DNA of 64,000 bases from Neocallimastix sp. 'constans' (taxonomy: Eukaryota), in the NCBI GenBank assembly GCA_050613775.1, contig JBODTK010000160.1, positions 186,001 through 250,000 of the forward strand, read 5' to 3'. Position numbers and translations under genes: made by a program. The notes under the pieces are model-generated. The model did no database searches. It had not been told where the DNA came from and worked only from the letters and a program-made list of their open reading frames with translations. This document shows positions 1-14,379 of this stretch, in pieces (position 1 is the first letter of the stretch; every line of letters starts with the position of its first letter).

Positions 1-2491
1 AATACTCAGTTTCAGACCTAATAATTAAAATTGCTATTCAAATATTCAAATACTCAAATGATTTTATTTTATGTTTTGTATTATAAAAAGTAAATAAATT
101 AAACTTTATTTTATAGAATTATTTAGATTATTTGAATAAAGAGAAATAAATTACATATAAATTTATATAATTAAAAGAAAAAATAATAAATAATAATTAT
201 TATATTTATTTAATAATGATTTAAGTAAATAAGAAGTTCTATACTCTAATTCATATATAATATAATATAGATATTAAATTTCAAAAAAAAAAAAAAAAAA
301 AAGATTTCTGTAAATTTTTAATGATAAGAAAAAAAATTGACCAATAAATTTTTTTTGATAACGTTTTTTATCATTTATAATTTTTATATTTAGGTGAAGA
401 AAATATAATTAAATATTTATATAAATCTGTTATTTATTATATATAAATAGATTTGTTAATGCATTTTATTTCTAATATTATTATATATATCTATATTTTA
501 CTACTTTTATCAATTAAATAATGAATGCCATTTGACAAAGTATAATATCATTAAAAATTTATGATATAAAGTAATAATAATTTATTATTTTATTTTTATT
601 ATTAATGTTTTTATTGATAATTATGAAATAATAATTTTGATATAATAATGAAAAGACAATTATAAATATTATATATGTTAATTATCAATTTTTGATATAT
701 GTATTATATACTTATTAACTTTAAATAAAAATATATAATAAGAAAAAATGTTTTAATATCTTATTTTTAATAAATAAAATATAATTTTAAAATAATTTTT
801 TTTTTTTTTAAATATTTTTTCTCAATTGATAATTATTTCATATATATTTCATATATATGATTGAGATGTGTTTTTTAATGATTTATTTATATAAATTTTT
901 ATTTAATAATTAAATTGAATAAATATATTTAATAACATTCTATCTTCTTAATATGTTGGTGGTTAATTTTTTTTTATTAAGAATTAATAATATTAAAAAA
1001 AATTAGTTTTTAAAATTTTAAATAAAAATATTAATTATTACCATAAAAGGAAATTTTAAATTAAAAATTTTAAATATATTTTTTTTTCATCAACAAACTA
1101 TCATACGTTTGAACAATAACTTTATTTACTTAACCTTTATATTGTTTTATATATATATAAAAATAATAAACCTGTTCATAATAAAATTATTATTCTTCTG
1201 AATATTATATATTAATTTTATTGTATTTAAAATTTATGTTATAAATACAAGTATATATTATATCTTACATTCAGCGATAAGACATATAGAATTGATAAAT
1301 ACTTATATATAACTTTATATTATTAAATATATAATATTTATTTTATTTTAATAATTATGTTGTAATTAATTATTTTGAATTAAATTTTTAATTTTGTTGT
1401 TTCTATCAAATGTAATATATTTAAATTTATTATTATTACAAATATATTAATAGGTTTTATTATATATATATATAAGCTATTATATAAAGAAATAAAAATA
1501 TAAGTATATATTTTCTTATTTAATATAAACTCCAAAATTTAAAAATAGCAATTATCTAATTATTAATTTTATACTTTACAATTATTAAATTTAGAAAGGT
1601 GAAATTTTTCAATTATAAAAATATCTTATTAATAATTATATATTCATATTAATGTTAATATTTTTTAATCATATTAATATAATAACATAAATGGTAAATA
1701 TAATCTTATATTGAATGCTTTTAAAATTTTTTTTAACTTTCCTTTATTTTTTTATTTTTTATTTTTTATTTTTTTTATATTTAATTTAATATATTTTCTT
1801 TCATACCTTTTAAGAGTATTCATTTCATTATTTTATAACTTTATTTTTTTTTCTGGATTTCTTTATTTCACAAATAAATAATATTAATTATGAATAAATG
1901 AATGAATATTTCATAAATTAATTTATATGAATAGTATTAAAATATTATTTATAAAAATTAGTTATAAATAAATATATATTCATTACTTTAATGAAATAAT
2001 TTTTTTTTATTATTTTTGATTTATTTTATTATTCATGATAATTATTAATAAAATTTTGATAATCAAAAATTTGAATATTTAAATATTATAAATTTTAATT
2101 TTTTTTTTTTTTTTTTTTGATAAATATTGTAAATTTAATATATTTTAATCAATTGCTTAATATATTATAATCTAAATTAATTACAAAAATTTTTTTGTTA
2201 AACATTTTTGATAAAAATCAATTTAATTATATTATATATTATAATATATTTCAATATATTATTTATTTTATTGATATTAAAAAAAAACATATATAAACCA
2301 TTAATTTTTTTCTTTAAAAAAATAAATTATAACAAAAATAAATTTGTATCAATTATAACAAAACTATATTCAATAAGATATATACTTTTAAAATTTTTTT
2401 TTATAATATAAATCAGTAATTTATTATAAGCTATTATTTTGATTAATTTAGTAAAAAAACAAATCAAAACAAAAAAAAAAAAAAAAAAAAG

Positions 2492-2884
2492 ATGTCTACT
2501 GCTACTGCTACTCGTCAATATCGTCATGCTATTCCAACTATGATGCGTCTCAAGAGAGAACCGTCATGTAAAAATATGGCTTTTAAACCACAATCACCAT
2601 TTCCAAATGCTGAAATGGTTCTTCATAAAATTAAAAGTGAAGGTAATAATAATCCAAGTGCACAAGATCTTGCCAATGCTTTATTTGTGGAATGTAATAA
2701 ATGGTTGAAAGCGAATGGATTTAAAGAATTTATTCCAAGTCAAAATCTTGGATGGACTTTAAAGGATGGAGTTATTTCTCGACCAGGAGCTAAAGTTTGT
2801 TTTGATGCAAAGTCTATTTCAAGACAGCAATCGGCTCATCGAATTTTATCTGAAACTATTAAACATGATGGTGCTCAGATATAG
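2492..2884 (+). CDS. Unknown small basic protein family, copy 1 (130 aa)
   Basis: GC-elevated intronless ORF, A-rich start context, six close paralogs in the window; conserved core RHxIPxMMRLKREPSCK...ECNKWLKANGFKEF.PSQNLGWTLKDG..SRPGAKV.F. Confidence 0.9.
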   Translation: MSTATATRQYRHAIPTMMRLKREPSCKNMAFKPQSPFPNAEMVLHKIKSEGNNNPSAQDLANALFVECNKWLKANGFKEFIPSQNLGWTLKDGVISRPGAKVCFDAKSISRQQSAHRILSETIKHDGAQI

Positions 2885-4269
2885 ATTATGAATGAAAAAT
2901 GTATAAATATATTATTATTATTTTTATATTTATATTCATTTGAAGGATTTGATATGAAGTGTTATATCTCAATGAGATTCATTGGGGGACGATTGATATG
3001 AGGAAACTTTATCAATGGATAATAATGAAATATGAAAACACTATTTTTTTTTTTCATATATATATTTGATATATATATTCGATTTATAAATGATCGAAAA
3101 TTTTTAAATGTACTTTTTTATTTTGTAAATTTATAATTTTTATTAATATATTTTATATTTTGTAAATATGTATTTAATATTTTCTTTCTTTCTTTCTTTC
3201 TTTCTATATATATTTATGTATATATTATATTTTTTAAAAGTAGAAATAAAAAATGTAGTAATATAGAATTAAAATTAAATAGTATAAAATTTGCACTAAT
3301 TGTGTGTGTGTGTGTGTGTGTTTTTTTAAAGTATGATGTTTTATGGATATTGTAATATTTAGTATTTAAGTATTCCATTGAAATTAAATTTATAAAATTT
3401 ATTATATTCATAAAAATATATAAATATTAGTAAATAAAATTATTATAATTATAATCTTTTATTATATGTATTTATAAGAAATGTGATAACATATAGAATC
3501 ATAATAGTTTTATTTAGTTATAGAGTAATATTATTATTTGAAATAGTATAATTATTTTAAAAAACGATGAATATATAATTTCTGTAATGTATGTATAATA
3601 TACTATATAATTTCTAATAATATATTTATATAATTCTTTCCTAATATATATTATTAATATTTCTTATCTAACGTATATATATATATATATATATTTTATT
3701 GTGGTATAGAATATATAGTTATAAATAATTTTAATAAATAGATTATATAATCAAGTATAAATAAATAAATATATTATAATCTATTATTATCTATTTAAAT
3801 TTATATTGAATTATTTTTATAATTACTATCATGTTATTTTAATTATTATATTATTTATATTTTTATATTATAAAATTACAAAGGTGATAGGTTATAATTT
3901 ATCTAAAAAAAAAATGTAAAGTTTATATATAATATAGAGTAAGGTAAGATAATTTAAATTTTCATTTTTTACATCTTATAATTCTTTTTTTTTTTTTTTT
4001 TTTTTTATAAATTTTAAAAAAAATTTTATCTTTTTTTATATATTTTTTTTATTTTTTAAGTTTTTGACAAAAAAAGTATAAATAATTACTATTATTATTA
4101 TTAAAAAACTTTTTTTTTTTTTTTTTTTTTAATAACTTTTTTCAAATTAATTATTACCTTATATGGAAATTTAATTTATTACTTTTTTTTTAATACTTTG
4201 ATCCTTCATTTTTCATTTATTCATTATTAATTAAAATTTTTTTTTAATCTTTTGGTATTTTTTTATATT

Positions 4270-4753
4270 AAAAAAAAAATTAAAAAAAAAAAAAAACATA
4301 GACTTGCACATATGGGTACCCATCTCCCATATGGCCATACAGTTATTAATTAACTGTAAGGTGATGAGTTATTGGCATACTGTATCAGCTTCGCCGCTCT
4401 CAATCGTCGTTACACACTGCCCGGAGATGCATTCCTAACGTTCCTACATATATCTCTAATGACCACGAGCATCAGAACGGAACCATTAACTCCTCCCTAG
4501 TGGGTGTAATCATTGGCGATTGGAAATTTTACAATCATCAAGGTCTATGCTTCAATTCAAAGCGTAGTATCAGGGTTGGGTGAAATAATCATCTGAGGGA
4601 AAGCCTTATGGACATCACGTGTGGTCTCATGATATCCCAGGATAGAAACCTCATCCGATTATTTGGTGCCATGCCGAGGATTCGAACCCCGCCCTCTACA
4701 GTGACCTGTATCGTCCTAACCGACTGGACCAACATGGCAAAAAAAAAATTAAA
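4270..4753 (-). mobile_element. tRNA-derived SINE-like element (~450 bp) with T-rich tail and 15-bp TSD
   Basis: GC island 4297-4738. Minus strand starts with a tRNA-like head (box A TGGTCCAGTCGG, box B GGTTCGAATCC), then a ~365-bp body, then a T run. AAAAAAAAAATTAAA occurs at both 4270-4284 and 4739-4753. Confidence 0.8.
4664..4738 (-). pseudogene. tRNA-like head (Asp-like) of the SINE, with encoded CCA
   Basis: Acceptor stem GCCATGT/GCATGGC, D stem GTCC/GGAC, T arm CGGGG-TTCGAAT-CCTCG, then A-CCA. Anticodon arm TACAG-GTCA-CTGTA lacks a canonical 7-nt loop. Confidence 0.7.
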
Positions 4754-6673
4754 TAAATTTAATTTAAATGGAATTTAATTCTGTATATCAGGAATATTTT
4801 TTAAAAAAAAAATTTTTTTTTTGATTATTTTAAAGGAAAAGAATGGTGTTATCAGTAATATTAATATTAAATAAGACTATTAAGACTATTGATATTAAAA
4901 AAATATTATATATTATATATATATATTTTTTAAAATTAATTTATTAGTATATAAATAAATAAAATATTAAAATTTATTGTTAATGGTAATATTATATATA
5001 ATATTTATATTATTAATTTCTACATGTATGATACATAGTATTATATTTTTATAAATGTAATATTTATATCATCACTATATATATATGTAATTATAAATAT
5101 TCTTTATGAATTTTTTTATTAAAAATTATAATTTATATATACTATTGATAAACATATTTATAAATATTATTTAAATATAATAATAAAAAAATAATAAAAT
5201 AAAATTTTAGAATTTTAAATATTGTCCTTTTATTTAATTCATTACTTTATTTTTATTTATTTTTATTCTACTCATTTTATTAAATAGACATTATATATTT
5301 ATTTATATAAAGAAATATTATTATAATGATATTTTTTTAACAAATAAAGAATACTTAAAAAAAACCATACTGTGTTTTATATGAAAATAATTTTTGATTA
5401 ATGCTTTTGCAATTAATTAATATATATATTAATATTATTAATGATTATATCGTTACAATACTTATTATTGTTGATAATAAATAAGTGTTTCATTTTAAAC
5501 TTTTGAGGGTTCTATCTTATATATTTAATTTTTTATAATTAGCAGTAAAAATTTTTACTTTTAAATAATAATATAAAAGTTTCATTTAATAGTGATTGTT
5601 TTATTTTTTTATAATTATGAATAATTTTAATAATTAAGAAGAAAAAGCAATAAAATATTTTTTTTTATTAAATAATATTTAAATTAAAAAAATTAATAAC
5701 TTTCTACAACTCTAAAATAAGAATTAATTAAAAAAAAAAAAGAATAAATTAGATAATCGTAAATAAATAACAATATTTTATCATATATAATTATAGATAT
5801 TTAAATAAATATAAATTTAAATTCTATTTTTAAAATAATTAATTACTATAATTTTTTTATATATTAAATTTAAAAAATTTATTGCTCCAAGTTGAAGACT
5901 AAATATTTTAAGCGAGTAATAAATTATTTTATTTTTTTTTTATCTTTTTAAGTTTTAAAACAATTTATTTTATATTTAATGAATTAAATGAACTTCAAAT
6001 GATTTTGTTCAGGAGCTAAAACCTATTTTGATACTAAATCGAATAGAGGATAACAATTTATTTATGAATATTTTATAGTAATATAAATTATATTAAAAAT
6101 TGTCATATTTAAATATATATATAAATATTTATTTATTATTATAAATAAAGTGTATATATATATATTATTTTTATTATTAATTTATAACATTAGAAGAAAA
6201 ATTATTTTTTTTATTTTTATTTATATTTATATTTATATTTATATTTATAATTATATTTATATTTTTTTTTATTATATTATATATTTTAATAATTAAATAA
6301 ATCTTTGATTTATACCTATATTAATTTTACTTTACTATTTTATTAATTAGAAATAATTTATACTTTTTTAATTTTATATATTAGTTAAAGCTATTTAAAA
6401 AAATTATCTATAATAGATATTTTTAATTAATAAAAATTCAACTACTATAAACTTTTTAATTGCAAATTATAATTATTGAAAAGAAGAATTATAAAACTTT
6501 GTTTTTCATTATATTTTATTAGTTATACAAATAGAGTGAAGATAATTTAAAAAACAAACAAACAAATAAAAAAAAATATTATATAGAAGATAATGATTAT
6601 TCTATACTTATAAATAATAACAAATTTAACTTAATATTATATTTATATTTAATGTTAACTTAAATATTTAATT

Positions 6674-6706
<33 letters not shown>

Positions 6707-7469
6707 TATTATTTATTATAATATAAAATTCATAATTTTGATATATAATTATTAATTTAAATATTTAGTATTTAATACTTATCATTATAACATTCATGAT
6801 ATATACATAATATTAATTATATAGACTATATTTATTATTACTTTATATATTAAATAGCTTAATCTACTGATTAGTTTTGAGTTTTGACTATATATATATA
6901 TTTTATTTTTAAGGATTGTTTTACATATTGATGAAGATTTTTCTCAAATTTTAGATTAATCCCTAAATTTCAATTGATTACTATATCTATAAATAATACA
7001 TTTTTTTTTATATAATTATAATATAATTAAAATATAAATAACTGATAACATATATATAAAATTTTTGATAAGGGTATAATTTAAATAGCTAATTATAATT
7101 TGTTTAAATTATATTAAAATGATATTGATAACAATATATTTTAATATATTATCAAAATATAATTGTTTACATTATCTATATAGAAAAAATATTAAAAATT
7201 TATTATATTTTTTATTAATCATATTTATCATTATAGAAGGAATCTTTTTAAAAAAAAAAAAAATATAAAAACAGGGTAATTCTTCTTTTAAAAAAATATT
7301 AATCATTGCTGATTAATTAAAAATTATAATATTAAATAATTCTTTAAAATAAGTTTAATTTAAAAAGATTAGAAAAAAAAAATAAAAAATAAGAATTTCT
7401 AAATTATAGAAAGTAATTAATAGTTTTAAAATTAATAATTTAAAAACAATATTACTAATAATAAAAAAA

Positions 7470-7862
7470 ATGTCAACTACAACTGCTACTCGTCAATATC
7501 GTCATCCTATTCCAACTATGATGCGTCTCAAGAGAGAACCATCATGTAAAAATATGGCTTTTAAACCACAATCACCATTTCCAAATGCTGAAATGGTTCT
7601 TCATAAAATTAAAAGTGAAGGTAATAATAATCCAAGTGCACAAGATCTTGCCAATGCTTTATTTGTGGAATGTAATAAATGGTTGAAAGCGAATGGATTT
7701 AAAGAATTTATTCCAAGTCAAAATCTTGGATGGACTTTAAAGGATGGAGTTATTTCTCGACCAGGAGCTAAAGTTTGTTTTTTTGCAAAGTCTATTTCAA
7801 GACAGCAATCGGCTCATCGAATTTTATCTGAAACTATTAAACATGATGGTGCTCAAATATAA
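7470..7862 (+). CDS. Unknown small basic protein family, copy 2 (130 aa)
   Basis: Nearly identical to copy 1 across the CDS. Confidence 0.9.
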   Translation: MSTTTATRQYRHPIPTMMRLKREPSCKNMAFKPQSPFPNAEMVLHKIKSEGNNNPSAQDLANALFVECNKWLKANGFKEFIPSQNLGWTLKDGVISRPGAKVCFFAKSISRQQSAHRILSETIKHDGAQI

Positions 7863-8438
7863 ATTCATTAATCATTAAAAAAAAAAAGGTTATTTATTCT
7901 TATTCTTTTTTAATTTTTAAAATATTGGATTATGCAGTTTTTTTTTATTTATATTTGAAATAAAATATGCAATGTAGAAACAATTAGAAGGGACGACTCA
8001 GAGGATGATAAATTATATAGAAATTATATTCATTAAATAATAATTTATATAGGTTGGGCTATATAATTTATATATATATTTAATTTCCGTCAAAGTACAG
8101 AAATGATTTAATGATACAGTATTTTTATGTTTTCTGTATAAGAAGGATTCAGTAATCACATTCTGACTCTTGAAAAATATATTATAGATTTTGTATTTAA
8201 TAAGAAATAATAATAGAATTATTAAAATAGAAAATATAAAAAAAAATAATCAAACATTTATTATGAGATGATTTATTTTTATGTAAAAATAAAAATAATA
8301 TATTTATTATTATAAATATATATATATATATATTTTACGAATGATAATATGATAATTTAAATTAATGAAGTTTTAATGATAAAATATGAAAATATAAATT
8401 TATTTAATGTTGGAATATCACATATGATATTACATTTC

Positions 8439-8500
<62 letters not shown>

Positions 8501-10151
8501 GTTTATTTTTATTATTATTTTTATTTTTATTATTATTTTTATTTTTTACTTTTTATTTTATTATTTTATTATTTTATTATTTTATTATTTTATTATTTTT
8601 TTTTTATTTGTATTATTAATTTAAATTTTCAATTTGTTTTGTATTAACAAATTTGTTAATTTATTAATTACTTATTTATGTTATTTTAGGCCTATCTTAT
8701 TGAGTAATTACATATGCAATGTATTTAAATTATAAAGTTTATATACTTTTTAAACTTCATATATAATATAATATATATATATTAAAAATGATTATATAAT
8801 TTAAAAATCAGTCTCACAAATAAATTAAGATGAAAAATATTTTGGTCGTAATAGTATAATTACATTTCCAACTAATATCTTAATCCTTTTTGTACCCAGT
8901 TACAATTCTTTATTTTGCACCATTCTTTGGATTTAATATAAATGATATATAATAGATATATGCTTTGGAGAGTATTAAATATATTAAAAGTAATAATATT
9001 ATGGAAATAACTATGAAGAAAATAATTAAAATCAATAATAGATTAAAAAATATTGGAATTATAATATAGTAATATATTCTATAAAAAAATATAACAATAT
9101 AATAGATATAGAATATTATTCAAAAAATATATATATATTAATAAAGTGGTATTCGATAAATAATTTTTATGATATACATTATTATCATTATTTTTGACTA
9201 AAAAATTTGGTTTGTTCATTTAAACATTGTATCGTTTGTCATTCCTAAAGATGGTACAGGAAGATCACTTACCTATAGATGCCCACTTTAACGTCTTTTT
9301 GCATTATCTGTTATAATACGTATAAAGGAAGAATAGAGAGGCCTTATTGCCCTTATTACTCATTACTATTTCTCAGTATAAAGAAAAAAAAATTAACGAA
9401 TAATATTAATTCTAATTATTTTTAAAAAATTTTATTTTGTTATTTTTTATTATTTATATTCATTGTTGATTCAATCATTATATCAATAACTTTATTATTC
9501 ATTTTATATATTAAATACGCAATTTGATTACTTTTTTTTTTTTATTTTTTTTATTTTTTTTATTTATTATATTTTGTAAGCTTCTTTATATTTTTATTGA
9601 AAATATTAGAAAGAGTATAATTTTTTTTTCATATATTATAACATTATCGTTTTAAATGATTATTTATTAATTATTATTATTTTCATACATAATATATTTT
9701 ATTATATTTCTTGTATTTTTAAATTTATTTTATATACAGAATTCAATTATACTATTTTTAAATTTATTTTATATACAGAATTCAATTTTACTATTTTTGA
9801 ATTTATTTTATGTACAGAGTTCCAATTATAACTTCTTTAAAAATCTTTTCTTAAAAAATTAGAAATTTATTTCTAATTTATTTCAATTTTAAATTTCATT
9901 AATAATAATGAAATTTATATAAACTAAAAAAAAAAGAACAAAAAAAAAAAAAAAAAAAAAAAACATTCGAATATGTTTATTCGTTATAAAAATTTGCGTA
10001 GCCCTATATATATCCTAATCTGTAATAATCATGTATACATCTTCTGAACTTTTTCTCACGACAGTAGCTGAAACCATTATATTTAAATGAAATTATAAAA
10101 ATTTTCTTATTTATTTTATTTTATTTTTTTTTTTATAAGCTATTCATAAAT

Positions 10152-10544
10152 TTAAATATGGGTATCATTACGTTGAATAGTATCTAATAAAATTCGATGA
10201 GCTGATTGTTTTCTTGAAATAGATTTAGCATCAAAACGAACTTTAGCTCCTGGACGAGAAAGAATGCCATCCTTTAAAGTCCATCCTAGATTTTGACTTG
10301 GAATAAATTCTTTAAATCCATTAGCTTTTAACCATTTATTAGATTCAATAAAAAGGGCACTTGCAAGATCTTGAACACTTGGATTTTTTTTACCTTCACT
10401 TTTTTTTTTTTGAAGAACTGTTTCTGCATTTGGAAATGGAGATTCTGGTTTAAAAGCCATATCTTTACAAGATGGTTCTCTCTTGAGACGCATCATTATT
10501 GGAATAACATGACGATATTTGCGAGTAGTAATATCAGTAGTCAT
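10152..10544 (-). CDS. Unknown small basic protein family, copy 3 (130 aa, inverted)
   Basis: Intact paralogous ORF on the minus strand; the family's 3' flank motifs lie at ~9860-10090. Confidence 0.9.
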   Translation of the reverse strand: MTTDITTRKYRHVIPIMMRLKREPSCKDMAFKPESPFPNAETVLQKKKSEGKKNPSVQDLASALFIESNKWLKANGFKEFIPSQNLGWTLKDGILSRPGAKVRFDAKSISRKQSAHRILLDTIQRNDTHI

Positions 10545-11065
10545 TTTTATTATTATTTTAAAGATATTTAAATTTTTAATATATATATATTAATAATAAA
10601 AATAATAATAATTTATTAAATATTAAATATAAAGTTTTTTTTGTTTTTTATTTTTTTTTTTTTATTTCTTCTTATTTCTTATGAATAGTTTCTTGAAACA
10701 AGAAAAAAAAATTTTTTTATGAATGATTAAGTTTAAAATTTTTTTGTAAGAAAATTAAGGTAATATTTATATTTTTTTTTTAAATAATAATAATAATAAA
10801 AATAATAATAATAATTTATTAAATATAAAGTTTTTAAAAATAAAAAAAAAAAAAATTAAAAGTTAACATTATAATTTAAAAATTATTAATAATGATATAA
10901 ATAAAATTGTTAATTATTAATTATTGTAATTGTAATGAATAAAAATAAACAAAAGTTAACAATTTTAAGACTTTATTTTTATAAAGATTTTTAGTGGATA
11001 AAAATGAATGAAAGTTAAAAATTAAATAATTTAATTTTTTCTATTTTTTTCTGCAAAGTAATTTG

Positions 11066-11111
<46 letters not shown>

Positions 11112-11356
11112 TTTATTTATTTTTATTTTTTTTATAATAATAATTTATTAAAACTCTAAATATATTAAATTATTTAATAATGATAATAAATTATTATCAA
11201 TCTCAAAAATCATTTGAAAATTTAATATTCTCAGAAATTAATTAAAAAAAAAAAAAAAAAATAAGAAATAAAATTTATTTTAAATTTAGTATATTTTAAG
11301 TTTATTTTTTTTTGGATAAATTAAAATTTTTTAAATATATGTTATTTTTGTTTTAG

Positions 11357-12122
11357 TTTTTTAATGTGTGATCCGATCACTTTATTTTATTTATTATAAT
11401 TTTTATTATTATTTTAATAACTATATATTTTTAGTAATGTTTGATTATAGGATTAAATACGCCTCATAATATTTTACATTATACAAAATAATGAAAAACA
11501 TATTTAATTTAATAAATAAGTAAATCTTAATTATACAAGACTTAATTAAAATATTAAACTTTATTTTTAACAAAATTTAACCATTAATAATTGAATATTA
11601 TTATAAATTTATATTATAATAGTGAATATGTCGCATTTCACAATGTGGCTTTCGGATGATTTATTTAACACCATAAAAAAAAAATAATTTTATAAATAAA
11701 TATAAATAAATAAATAAAAATAAATGAAATATTTTATAATTCTATATATATTTGTTATTATTAAAATAGCAGATAATAATTTCAGATATTAATAAAAGAT
11801 AATAATAATAGCAGATAATAAAAACAGATAATAAAAACAGATCATAACAAATAATAATAATAATTATAATAATTATAATAACAGATAATAATAACAGATA
11901 TTAATAAAAACAGATAATATTAATAATAGATAATATTGATTTTATTTATAAAGAAAATATAATTAATAAATTTATTTTAAAAGATATACAAAGCTTTCAA
12001 TTTTAATTTTTAAATGTTTATAAAGAATATTTTTTTTTAAAAAAGAATATTTTATTTTTAAGGACATTTTAAAGAATATTTTTTTTTAAAGTTTTTTATT
12101 AAAAAATATATTTTTTTAAGAG

Positions 12123-12165
<43 letters not shown>

Positions 12166-13249
12166 TCTTTGATAAATTTTAAAGAATATTTTTTTATACT
12201 TTTATGAATATTTAAAAAATATATATTTATATGATATAATTATATTTTTTTAAAATATATAAACCTTTTTAATTTTTTAATTATTTAATTTTTTTATTTT
12301 AAATCTTTATAATTAAATATTAATGAATAATTAAATTTTTAACTATTGTATTTCTATTATTAACATATCCAATTGCATTTTAGTAATATCCAGTTGTATT
12401 TAATATATACATATTAAATAATTAATCTCTTTAAGATTTTATTACGTCTTACATTTTAATATTTTTATATATTTTCTTTAATAATGTAGTAAAATTTATA
12501 AAACCAAATGAATTATTATATAATAACAAATAATGTTGATTTAATAATCGATGGTATTGAAAATTGTAATTGCTGATTTTCATTTCATATTTATTCATTT
12601 CTAAATGATAAAAATTATTGTATATGTAATGAATTTATGGTTTTTATATGAATTATAAGACTTATCTTTTTTTAAATACTTGCTGTTTATTTAATCATTA
12701 TATTATATAATAGCTGATGATAAGGATAGTAAAGGAACATATAAAACCTCAACAATATAGAATGTCTATTTACTAAATATTTTAAGTTTCATTATTTATT
12801 TATTTAAAGTTTTTGTTATATTATAAAGTTACTTAAAATAAATATAAATTAATTGGATAAATGTATTTGCAATAATTAAAGCTGTCATAAAAAAAAAAAA
12901 AAAAAAAAAAAATTATCTCAAATAAATAATTAAACTAATTATATTTATATATATTTTATATTATAAAATAATATAAACATATTAAATATAAATATTAATT
13001 TTTAATATATTTAAACTTTTTAATACGTTTAAAAAAAAAAAATTATATTAAATAAAAAAATTAAAAGACTTAGTAAAGATAATTTTTATTATATATAACA
13101 ATAAAATGAGAAAATAAAATTAATTATTTAATATCATTTATTACTCTTTATCCACTAAAGTATTTTGATCTTAAAATATACTTATTCACCGAATATAATT
13201 ATATTATTTATAATAATTTTTAATAATTTAAAAATAAGGTTTTTTATTA

Positions 13250-13296
<47 letters not shown>

Positions 13297-13360
13297 TATT
13301 TTATTTTTATTTATTCACCGAATATAATTAATAATAATTTTTAATAATTTAAAAATAAGG

Positions 13361-13396
<36 letters not shown>

Positions 13397-13892
13397 TATT
13401 TTATTTTTATTTATTTTTTTTTTAATTTATTTTAAAAACTTTAATTTTAATTTAGTATCAGCTCACCAATATTTATTAGATGTTATTCAACTTTGATGAT
13501 GACTAAATCCAAATTTATGAACTAAAAATGAAAAATATATATATATATATATTTTAAATATAATTGTTTCAATTACTATGAGAAAAAGTTTAGAAGATAT
13601 ATAAATGATTATAAGGAATTATGATATTTAGGGCTACGCATATTTAATAATAAATAAAATAAAATTTTAACTTTTTAGTTTCTTTAAATTTCATTAAATT
13701 AATGAAATTTAAAATTGGAATAAATTAAAATTAAATTTCTAATTTTTAATAGAAATACATATATATATTTTTTAATAGAATAGTTGTAATTTAATATATT
13801 TTGAGTATAAAATTTATTATAAAATAGGGAAAATTATAAAAATAAAAATATTTATGATAAAAAAATAATTGATCGGATCACACATTAAAAAA
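11357..13892. repeat. 23-bp perfect inverted repeat pair (11357-11379 / 13870-13892), possible TIR element with TTAA flanks
   Basis: TTTTTTAATGTGTGATCCGATCA and its exact reverse complement 2.5 kb apart. Confidence 0.5.
13458..13745 (+). pseudogene. 3' fragment of the small-protein family (C-terminal codons plus 3' flank)
   Basis: Translates SAHQYLLDVIQ (copy 7: SAHKFLLDTIQ), followed by TGAGAAAA, TAGGGCTACGCA and the conserved palindrome at 13683-13713. Confidence 0.75.
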
Positions 13893-14379
13893 ATTAATAT
13901 TTTATTAATGTAAAAAAAAAAAAAAACTTACTCTTAAAAATCTTTTCATAAACAATTATATGTTTATATATACTAATAAAGTTAATTAACTTTATGAAAC
14001 TCCTCAATTAATAAGAATAACAAAAATATGAAATTTCCAATTAATAATCATTTTTTATTTTTTTAAAAAAAGAATAATATTAAAAAAAGAAATATATAGA
14101 ATAAAAAAAAAATTTTTTTTATGGAAATCAGTCAATTATATTGGAGATATAATGTTTTTTCTTTTGCAATATAAATAATGAAATAATATATATAATGAAA
14201 TGAAAAAATATAAAGTTTATTACATATTCACAAATTTAACCAAATAATGAAAAGAACTTTAATAGTATCAAATATAATTGCTTAATTAATAATTCAATTA
14301 ATTAATAAACTTTAATTCTTACTAAAAAAAAATTAAATATTATAATTATTTTCAATGATGTTTTTCTAGTTTTTATCTT

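Noticed and set aside
2208..3411. Short I/F/K/N-rich ORFs here and elsewhere (25647, 26777, 27334, 35009, 59531, 59616)
   Set aside because: Composition expected by chance in very AT-rich DNA; no codon bias or motifs
4664..4738. Functional tRNA gene (Asp, or Sec because TCA is in the loop)
   Set aside because: No 7-nt anticodon loop, no long variable arm, no terminator after the CCA; it is embedded in a TSD-flanked element
8820..9370. Slightly GC-richer patches that might be a decayed gene
   Set aside because: Only short peptides (e.g. VSFVIPKDGTGRSLTYRCPL) with no recognisable motif
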